Origin: Macrostomum lignano
Lineage: Eukaryota
Direction of reading: 5' to 3'
DNA: 44,180 bases
Assembly: GCA_002269645.1 (NCBI GenBank)
Contig: NIVC01002308.1
Location: 1-44,180, forward strand
Position 1 is the first letter of the stretch, and each line of letters begins with the position of its first letter. The notes under the pieces are model-generated. The model saw nothing but the letters and a program-made list of their open reading frames with translations. It did no database searches and was not told the origin of the DNA. This document shows, piece after piece, positions 35,110 to 44,180 of this stretch. The translations under genes and the position numbers were made by a program.

Positions 35110-35700
35110 AAAAAGGGGCCTGTGGCGCCAAAAAAAGTGTCTGCCTGCGGCGCTAAAATGAGTGCCTGTGGCGCCAAAATGAGTGCCTGTGTGGTGCCAA
35201 AATGAGTGCCTGTGGCGCCAAAATGAGTGCCTGCGGCGCCAAAATGAGTGCCTGCGGCGCTAAAATGAGTGCCTGTGTGGTGCCAAAATGAGTGCCTGTG
35301 TGGTGCCAAAATGAGTGTCTGTGGCTCCAAAAAAGTGCCTGCCTGCGGCGCTAAAATGAGTGCCTGCGGCGCCAAAATGAGTGTCTGTGGCGCTAAAATG
35401 AGTGCCTGCGGCGCCAAAATGAGTGTCTGTGGCGCTAAAATGAGTGCCTGCGGCGCCAAAATGAGTGTCTGTGGCGCTAAAATGAGTGCCTGTGTGGTGC
35501 CAAAATGAGTGCATGCGGCGCCAAAATGAGTGCCTGCGGCGCCAAAATGAGTGTTTGTGGCGCCAAAATGAGTGCCTGTGTGGTGCCAAAATGAGTGCCT
35601 GCGGCGCCAAAATGAGTGTTTGTGGCGCCAAAATGAGTGCCTGTGTGGTGCCAAAATGAGTGCCTGTGGTGCCAAAATGAGTGCTCGCCGAAATGAGTGC
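35110..35700 (+). repeat. Minisatellite, 21-23-bp unit ggcgccaaaatgagtgcctgt/gc
   Basis: Tandem array; source of ORFs 35085-35831 and 35260-35715. Confidence 0.95.
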
Positions 35701-36617
35701 CTGGAATTTTGCCATGTAGAATTCATAGCTTTGTAATCGTGACGCTCTGCCTTACACATGCTTATTAGAATAATAAAATCATAAATCCCAGATCCCAGAT
35801 TTCCCAATTTTTCAATCCCACTCGTATGCATTTAGATTTGTATCACAGTGTTGGTTGGTATAAAAACTACCCAAGATCCACAGTTTATACTAATTGACCC
35901 CAACTGACCCAACATTATCGTCAGTGATAGTTATTATTATTTCAACAATAGACCAACCATCCCCACTTATTGGCAATCCGCGATGGCTGCGAACTCTGAT
36001 GACAGGGTTTTTTCATCTCTACTAATCTGCACTAATAGCAACTAGAAAAGGCATCAATCAAATCACCTGCGACTATAACCCCATTCCTCAACTACTCTTG
36101 TGTGTCTCTCGCCTTGGCTCTCATGATTAGTGTCCTATAACACAACTGGTTTGAATGATTGACCTTGGGGGCAGCTTTGGCCAAAATAGATCAGCTTCAT
36201 CCGCGAGCTTCATCAGATTGGTAGGTGCACATTCGGCGAGATAGTAAAAGTGCAAGATGGAAAACATTGCATTGGGCAGGTATTGGCAGTTGTTGGCACG
36301 TGTTACTAATGACCATTACAATGCGACCATTAGCAAACTTTTTTTGACATCTCCGGCCATAACTTAGCTATCAATTTTTCACTTTGACTCTCTGCTTCTA
36401 TCCATTCTTTTTTCCATCCTATCCCCATTGCCATCTCATCCTAATTGTTGGCTCAGTCCTCCCAATGGTCCAGTAGTCCGCGTACTGGCACTTGACTTGT
36501 TAATGCGGGCTGTTCACCAATGATGCACTTTGTACTGTTCGTTTAATGTGAGAGGGCTGCAAAGGTTTGATGTTGCTGCTTGGAAGTAGCAAAATTCCCA
36601 GTTCCCTGCTCCTAGTA

Positions 36618-38445
36618 TAGATCCCAGATGCCAGATCCCAGATCCTGGATCCTAGATTCTAGATCCCAGATCCTGGATCCTAGATTCTAGATCCCAGATC
36701 CTGGATCCTAGATTCTAGATCCCAGATCCTAGAATCTGATTCCCAGATCCTCCTAGATCCCAGATCCTAGATTCTGATTCCCAGATCCTCCTAGATCCCA
36801 GATCCTAGATTCCGATTCTCAGATCCTCCTAGATCCCAGATCCTCCTAGATCCCAGATCCTAGATTCTGATTCCCAGATCCTCCTAGATCCCAGATCCTC
36901 CTAGATCCCAGATCCTAGATTCTGATTCCCAGATCCTCCTAGATCCCAGATCCTAGATTCTGATTCCCAGATCCTCCTAGATCCCAGATCCTAGATTCCG
37001 ATTCTCAGATCCTCCTAGATCCCAGATCCTCCTAGATCCCAGATCCTAGATTCTGATTCCCAGATCCTCCTAGATCCCAGATCCTCCTAGATCCCAGATC
37101 CTAGATTCTGATTCCCAGATCCTCCTAGATCCCAGATCCTAGATTCTGATTCCCAGATCCTCCTAGATCCCAGATCCTAGATTCCGATTCTCAGATCCTC
37201 CTAGATCCCAGATCCTCCTAGATTCCAGATCCTAGATTCTGATTCCCAGATCCTCATAGATCCCAGATCCTCCTAGATCCCAGATCCTCCTAGATCCCAG
37301 ATCCTAGATTCTGATTCCCAGATCCTCCTAGATCCCAGATCCTAGATTCCGATTCTCAGATCCTCCTAGATCCCAAATCCTCCTAGATCCCAGATCCTAG
37401 ATTCTGATTCCCAGATCCTCCTAGATCCCAGATCCTCCTAGATCCCAGATCCTAGATTCTGATTCCCAGATCCTAGATTCTGATTCCCAGATCCTAGATT
37501 CTGATTCCCAGATCCTCCTAGATCCCAGATCCTAGATTCTGATTCCCAGATCCTCCTAGATCCCAGATCCTAGATTCTGATTCCCAGATCCTCCTAGATC
37601 CCAGATCCTAGATTCTGATTCCCAGATCCTCCTAGATCCCAGATCCTAGATTCTGATTCCCAGATCCTCCTAGATCCCAGATCCTAGATTCTGATTCCCA
37701 GATCCTCCTAGATCCCAGATCCTCCTAGATCCCAGATCCTAGATTCTGATTCCCAGATCCTCCTAGATCCCAGATCCTAGATTCTGATTCCCAGATCCTC
37801 CTAGATCCCAGATCCTCCTAGATTCCAGATCCTCCTAGATCCCAGATCCTCCTAGATCTCAGATCCTTCTAGATTCCAGATCCTAGATTCTGATTCCCAG
37901 ATCCTCCTAGATCCCAGATCCTAGATTCTGATTCCCAGATCCTCCTAGATCCCAGATCCTAGACTCTGATTCCCAGATCCTCCTAGATCCCAGATCCTAG
38001 ATTCTGATTCCCAGATCCTCCTACATGTAGATCCCAGATCCTAGACTCTGATTCCCAGATCCTCCTAGATCCCAGATCCTAGACTCTGATTCCCAGATCC
38101 TCCTAGATCCCAGATCCTAGATTCTGATTCCCAGATCCTCCTAGATCCCAGATCCTAGATTCTGATTCCCAGATCCTCCTACATGTAGATCCCAGATCCT
38201 AGACTCTGATTCCCAGATCCTCCTAGATCCCAGATCCTAGACTCTGATTCCCAGATCCTCCTAGATCCCAGATCCTAGACTCTGATTCCCAGATCCTCCT
38301 AGATCCCAGATCCTAGATTCTGATTCCCAGATCCTCCTACATGTAGATCCCAGATCCTAGATTCTGATTCCCAGATCCTCCTAGATCCCAGGTCCTACTA
38401 GATCCCAGATCCTTCTAGACCCAGATTCTTTTAGACCCTAGACTT
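36618..38445 (+). repeat. GATCC-based satellite, 38-bp base unit (gatcctccta gatccca gatccta gattct gattccca) with a 158-bp higher-order unit at the 3' end
   Basis: Hierarchical 6-10-bp subunits; a CATGTA insertion marks units at 38023, 38181 and 38339 (158-bp spacing). Confidence 0.95.
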
Positions 38446-39074
38446 AGGGTCTTTATTGTCTTTTTTCATATTAAAAAGTAAAATTGAGATTGATTTTCAG
38501 TTGGCTTCTGAAAAACTCGGGTTATAACATTTTTAGTCGATATTTTTGTCTTTATAAAAACACAGTGACTCTTGCTACGGTGGTTTCTTAGGCGCATTGA
38601 ATAGCAGGATAATTTGCATCTACCTAGACGGGCTGTACATTGCTACTAAATTCTAACCTTATATTCAAGCGCTCTGACTTCGAAGGCAGCTACACGCTCT
38701 CAATCAGAGGCGTATTGTGTGTGCCACTTGTCCCTAACATGGAAGCAGCTATAGCCTTTACCTGTTGAGTGGATTGAGGCAAACAACTTCGCCCCGAAGC
38801 TAAATTTAAGTATCATATATAAAAGTCTGCGAGCGTATCTTCTAGAAGAACTGTCTGTTTCTTTCTTTTGAAGCTGTTTTGCTACCAATTTGGTGTACGC
38901 GTGTGTTTTGGACTTATATCCGGACCCAATGCTAAATGTTGGTCAGCATAGTCACCAAGTTTGGTTTTAATTTTCTGTTAAGTAACAGAAATGGACATGC
39001 AGTTAATTAGTTACATATTGATTGGTTAAGTCTGCTTCCTCTTGTGCTGCTTGAATGGCATTAGAGACCGTTAG

Positions 39075-39570
39075 AAGTACAGAGGAGAAATGGAGACAGA
39101 GAGGATTAGAAAAAGAAGAGATAAGAATAGAGGGGAGAGATGAGAGGAAATGGGGAGAGATGATGATAGAGAGGAGAGAGATGGGATTAGAGAGACTCTG
39201 AGGGGATTAGAGAGGGGAGAGATGAGATAGGATTAAAAAGGAGAGAGATGGAAATAGAGAGAATTGTTGAGAATAGAGAGGGGAGAGATGGGATTGGAGA
39301 GAGGAGAGATGAGTTTAGAGAAGGGAGAGATGAGATTAGAGAGGGGAGAGATGAGTTTAGAGGATAGAGATGGGATTAGAGAGGGGAGAGATGAGTTTAG
39401 AGGAGAGAGATGGGATTAGAGAGGGGAGAGATGAGTTTAGAGGAGAGAGATGAGATTAGAGAGGGGAGAGATGAGTTTAGAGGGGAGAAGAGAGATGGGA
39501 ATAGAGAGGGAAGATGGGTTTAGAGAGATGGGAGAGATGGGATAAAAGAGGAGAGAGTGGAACAGGAGAG
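39075..39570 (+). repeat. Polypurine (G/A) degenerate ~22-bp repeat gagaggggagagatgagattag
   Basis: C is almost absent on the + strand. Confidence 0.88.
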
Positions 39571-39907
39571 TAACTAGAATTTAAATGAGTGAATATTGCA
39601 GCAACAAGCGTCCATCAAATTCTTGCAACAGGGAATAAAAAAGGCGAAGTCGAACCCAAATCGCTGAATTCTTTGCCCAACAGAGCAGCCAATGAAATCA
39701 GAGATGGGATTGGGATCGGCCATCCTCCAATCCTCAGCTGAGCTTCTGCAGTTTCTCCTAAGCCAACCCCCTATACAATGGTCGTCAGATCGACAAAATT
39801 TCAATCCTTCCAATTTTATCCCTGCAATACAACCTGCTGAAGCAACCGGTACCTACTAGGATAATGCCACAGCTAAATTTCCTGCGATAGAAAACAACCA
39901 GCAACTC

Positions 39908-40136
39908 ATGCATCCGCTATCGTGTTTGGTATTTTCGCTCACCGTCGCCTCGGTAGCGTCGGTGGAAGCGTCAACTGAAAGATGTACCGAGGGTAGGCTG
40001 TGCGCGATCGAGTACCCGGAGAAAGAGTACCGAGTGCTGCAAGGCTCCACTGTGCTCATCCCGTGCCGAGTGGCTGCTCCGGATGCCAGCGGGCTGCTCA
40101 GCGTTTTCTGGAGAGTCAAAGGGTTCTTTCTGGACA
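39908..40136 (+). CDS. First coding exon of an immunoglobulin-superfamily protein (signal peptide plus N-terminal half of an Ig domain; nephrin/Kirrel-like); 3'-partial
   Basis: MHPLSCLVFSLTVASVASVEAS is signal-peptide-like. It is followed by PEKEYRVLQGSTVLIPCRV...SVFWRVKGFFLD, with the Ig B-strand Cys and C-strand Trp. A strong phase-1 donor a|gtgagt follows at 40137. Downstream exons are not securely identified. Confidence 0.6.
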
Positions 40137-40189
40137 GTGAGTTTGATCAGAAAGATTTTTGATTTGCTAATGTATAATTCTATATAGAT

Positions 40190-40780
40190 CCTAAATCCCA
40201 GATCCTTGATCCCAAATCCTAGATCCTAGATCCCAGATCCTAGATCCCAGATCCCAGATCCTAGATCCCAGATTATTGATCCCAGATCCTTGATCCCAGA
40301 TCCTTGATCGCAGATCCTTGATCCCAGATCCTTGATCCCAGATCCTTGATCCTAGATCCTAGGTCTCAGATCCTAGATCCTAGGTCCCAGATCCTAGATC
40401 ATAGATCCTAGATCCCAGATTCTCAATCCCAGATCCTAGATCCCAGATTATTGATCCCAGATCCTTGATCCCAGATCCTTGATCGCAGATCCTTGATCCC
40501 AGATCCTTGATCCCAGATCCTTGATCCCAGATCCTAGTCTCAGATCCTAGATCCTAGGTCCCAGATCCTAGATCATAGATCCTAGATCCCAGATTCTCAA
40601 TCCCAGATCCTAGATCCCAGATCCTAGGTCCCAGATCCTAGATCCCATATTCTCAATCCCAGATCCCAGAGCCTAAATTCTAGATCCCAGATACTAGATT
40701 CTAGATCCCACATGCCAGATCCCAGATACCAGATCCCAGATCCCAGATCCTAGATTCCTGATTCTCCTAGATCCCAGATC
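40190..40780 (+). repeat. GATCC-based array (gatccca/gatccta/gatcctt) in Ig-gene intron 1
   Basis: 7-14-bp subunits with an internal duplication of about 180 bp (about 40260-40440 versus 40440-40620). Confidence 0.93.
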
Positions 40781-41254
40781 ATTCTTGGATCTTGTGTATA
40801 GATAGCATTTCCAGTCTCCGAGCCCAGATCCCATTTCCTTGTCCCAGCTATTCGTTAGCTCTCGCTAATGAGTTTCATTCATGCTCTCAACACTGAGATG
40901 TGTCTCAAACAAACTCGCCTAGGTGAAAAGCAAATTTTGACCAATAAGTTGTATCCATATTCACCCTTAGGTAGTGGAGGGTTTTTTAACGACACAAGTT
41001 AGAGTTTCAGGAAGCAAAGTTGCAGAAATTTTGAGCAGAGAAAAGCTGAGATGAGATGTATAACCTGCTAATTAGATGATGCAATTACATGAGTTCGTGA
41101 GGTGTGTGCTGCTGTTTTTGCTTGCTAATACAATAGATGGATGATTTGCCTTTTGTGCCCTGAATGCTGCTTGTAAATCTGCTATTTTCCTTAGGGGAAA
41201 ATTTTGCCGTTGGGCTATTGTTTAGCAGATTTTGTGCTTTGTGCCATGAAAGAG

Positions 41255-41603
41255 AAAGGGCTTGTCAACTTAAGCTCATAAAGTGGAGCCCGATTAACCT
41301 ATCAATACAAATGATATTTCATTTTGTTCACAATGACACTAGGAAGCTGGGTTTGGCAAAAAAGTGAAAAATTGAACTTTGGATAGATGAGAAAAACAAG
41401 AGGATAATTATAGACTCTACTTTATGAGCTCAAGTTAACATAATAGTACCTAATATATCCCCTTGCTTGTTCTCCCAACTCTAATTTTGGTCCCTTTCTT
41501 GCCAAACCCTGCTTTCTGCTGTCATTGTGAGCAGAATGACGTATCATTTGTGTACATAGGTTACTCGGGCTCCACTTTATGAGCTTAAGTTGACATGCCC
41601 TTT
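41255..41603. mobile_element. MITE-like foldback element with long diverged inverted arms
   Basis: Left arm aaagggcttgtcaacttaagctcataaagtggagcccgattaacctat... (41255 to about 41410) is the reverse complement of right arm ...ataggttactcgggctccactttatgagcttaagttgacatgcccttt (about 41451-41603). Identity is highest at the termini. No coding capacity. Confidence 0.75.
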
Positions 41604-41649
41604 ATAATTTTGAGCTTTTTGAATTTATGAGCTTGTGAAGTTTTCAATT

Positions 41650-41945
41650 TGTGATGTTGTAAGCTTGTGATGTTGTAAGCTTGTGACGTTGTAAGCTTGT
41701 GATGTTGTAAGCTTGTGATGTTGTAAGCTTGTGACGTTGTAAGCTTGTGATGTTGTAAGCTTGTGATGTTGTAAGCTTGTGACGTTGTAAGCTTGTGATG
41801 TTGTAAGCTTGTGATGTTGTAAGCTTGTGACGTTGTAAGCTTGTGATGTTGTAAGCTTGTGATGTTGTAAGCTTGTGATGTTGTAAGCTTGTGATGTTGT
41901 AAGCTTGTGACGTTGTAAGCTTGTGATGTAAGCTTGTGTTGTGCT
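41650..41945 (+). repeat. 16-bp minisatellite ga(t/c)gttgtaagcttgt with a 48-bp higher-order period
   Basis: The gac variant occurs at 41685, 41733, 41781, 41829 and 41909. Confidence 0.97.
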
Positions 41946-42494
41946 GTAACTTTGTTTGTACAAAGTTTCGAGCTTGTGGAAGCGAGTCCAATATCTAAGA
42001 CTCAGTTTATTAACCGGCACAGGTACCGTGGCAACGCTGTTCATATTTTAATCTAAGGTCGGTCTCCATCGCTAGGATGGCATCCCATTGTACGAATATA
42101 TATGCATATATATACTCGTATATTCTTTCTAAGGCTCGGTATTCCGCCCCCTTCAATCTCATATATTGATTCCTTTCCGCTCTCCATGCTCGCCCATCTG
42201 AGAAGCCGCGGTCTCACACCATGCGTAAAAATTGCCAAACTCAATATATTCATATAAAGGCCAGCAAGAATGGGGGTGTTTAATTAATTTCTTCCCTTAT
42301 TATAGCCGTTCCGCTTGACCTGTATAAAGGCCCCACTCTCATCAGCTCAAGAAGTCCCAATTGTTTGAAATAGCTCGAATTCTAGATTAATATCAACTAT
42401 TGCTAATTTGTTTCTTCGCTTTCATTCTGCTTTTCCATTGTCTATGCAGTGGATTGTGGCAGAAAGAGAATGTCGAAAAACTTTCAAAAGTTAA

Positions 42495-43670
42495 AGATCC
42501 CAAATCCCAGATCCTCCTAGATCCCAGATCCTTCTAGATCCCGGATCCCCTTGATCCCGGATCCCCCTTGATCCCGGATCCCCCTTGATCCGGATCCCCC
42601 TGATCCCGGATCCCCCTTGATCCCAGATCCTCCTAGATCCCGGATCCTCCTAGATCCCGGATCCTCCTAGACCCGGATCCTCCTAGACCCCGGATCCTCC
42701 TAGATCCCAGATCCTCCTAGATCCCGGATCCTCCTAGATCCCAGATCCTCCTGGATCCCGGATCCTCCTAGATCCCAGATCCTCCTAGATCCCAGATCCT
42801 CCTGGATCCCAGATCCTACTTAATCCCACCCAGATCTTTCTAGATCCCGGATCCTCCTAGATCCTTATCCTCCTAAATTCCAGATCCTCTTAGATCCCGG
42901 ATCCTTCTAGATCCCGATCCTCCTAGATCCAAGATCCTACTTAATCCAGATCCTTCTAGATCCCGGATCCTCCTAGATCCTTATCCTCCTAAATTCCAGA
43001 TCCTCTTAGATCCCGGATCCTCCTAGACCCTGATCCTCCTAGATCCCGGATCCTCCTAGACCCCGGATCCTCCTAGATCCCAGATCCTCCTGGATCCCAG
43101 ATCCTCCTAGATCCCGGATCCTCCTAGATATCGGATCCTCCTAGATCCGGGTCCTCCTAGATCCAAGATCCTACTTAATCCCAGATCCTTCTATATCCCG
43201 GATCCTTCTAGATCCTTATCCTCCTAAATTCCAGATCCTCTTAGATTCCGGATCCTCCTAGACCTGGATCCTCCTAGATCCCGGATCCTCCTAGATCCAA
43301 GATCCTACTTAATCCCAGATCCTTCTAGATCCCGATTCTCCTAGATCCCGGATCCTCCTAGATCCCGGATCCTCCTAGATCCCGGATCCTCCTAGATCCC
43401 GGATCCTCCTAGATCCCAAATTCTCTTAGATTCCCGGATCCTCCTAGATCCCAAATTCTCTTTAGATCCCGGATCCTCCTAGATCCCAGAGTCTCCTAGA
43501 TCCCAAATTCTCTTAGATCCCGGATCCTCCTAGATCCCAGAGTCTCCTAGGTCCAGATCCTCCTAGATTCCAGATCCTCATAGATCCCAGATCCTTCTAG
43601 ATCCCGGAACCTCCTGGATGCAATATCCTCTTAGATCCCGAATCCTCCTAAATCCCGGATCCTCTTCAAT
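42495..43670 (+). repeat. GATCC-based array, 17-bp unit gatcccggatcctccta
   Basis: Tandem degenerate units related to 36618-38445. Confidence 0.93.
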
Positions 43671-43954
43671 TAATTTGGCAGAAAAAAACATTGAAAACTT
43701 TTTGATCAGTTGAAGACTGGCAGACTGGGTTTGAATTTTTCTGATACACTGGCTTCCAACTTCTCTATTGCAACAATTTTCAATCAATAATCAGATTAGC
43801 CATTTCGTAACTGGCAATGAAACATTGATACATTGCTAAATTACATGTTGAAGTTGCGAAATCAGCTCTGTGTGGCAATTTTTAGTCATGTTAGAAAATT
43901 TTTGTCTTTAAATAGGTGTGAAATGGATTAAATTATCTATCAGAACAGAATTTT

Positions 43955-44180
43955 GATCATGAATTATTAGTGACACTGATCATAAATTTGTGTTATGACT
44001 TTGATCATAAACAGGGTTATGACTTTGGTATACTGAAAACTGGGTCTATGACTTTGATCATAATATCATGGGTTATGACTTTGATCATAAACTGGGTTAT
44101 GACTTTGATCATAATAATTTACTGACTGTTGATCATAAACAGGGTTATGACTTTGATCATAAACTGGGTCATGACTTTGA
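43955..44180 (+). repeat. Degenerate 24-bp minisatellite ttatgactttgatcataaacaggg (runs off the window end)
   Basis: About 8-9 units. Confidence 0.88.

Noticed and set aside
35085-35831. 248-aa minus-strand ORF (ALILAPQ/GTHFGA repeats)
   Set aside because: Almost entirely a 21-23-bp array, with multiple frames open and no domain signature.
42048-42390. Possible second MITE bounded by ttaatcta...tagattaa with an internal AT palindrome (42091-42120)
   Set aside because: Only 8 bp of AT-rich terminal match and a low-complexity (AT)n palindrome; within chance expectation.
1-44180. CRISPR array interpretation of the 23-45-bp repeats
   Set aside because: Units are head-to-tail with no unique spacers, no cas genes are present, and the context is intron-containing eukaryotic genes.

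Overview
Eukaryotic (metazoan) genomic DNA with GT-AG introns. There are no prokaryotic operons, CRISPR arrays, rRNA genes or intact tRNA genes. Four spliced genes can be reconstructed by hand with consistent intron phases, all on the + strand: a 5'-truncated TTC14 homolog (1496-11599), a divergent DCAF15-like gene (13115-19712), a gamma-type syntrophin (21426-24650) and a mitochondrial-type methionyl-tRNA synthetase, MARS2 (29477-32662). The first coding exon of a secreted or membrane Ig-superfamily gene lies at 39908-40136. Roughly half of the window (about 21-22 kb by my hand tally of about 30 arrays) is minisatellite or simple tandem repeat, and most long ORFs in the supplied track are artefacts of these arrays. 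The main structural signal is that 15 of 17 complete introns carry a tandem array, while the two array-free introns are only 82 and 85 bp. Several array families recur, in the same orientation, in unrelated genes. Also present are two copies of a tRNA-derived CORE-like SINE, one unrelated tRNA-derived SINE and two foldback/MITE-like elements. Three single-base frameshifts (two in TTC14, one in DCAF15) point to long-read assembly error or a decaying duplicate copy. The architecture resembles what is described for the free-living flatworm Macrostomum; that taxon assignment is inference only. Array boundaries are approximate (about +/-20 bp).
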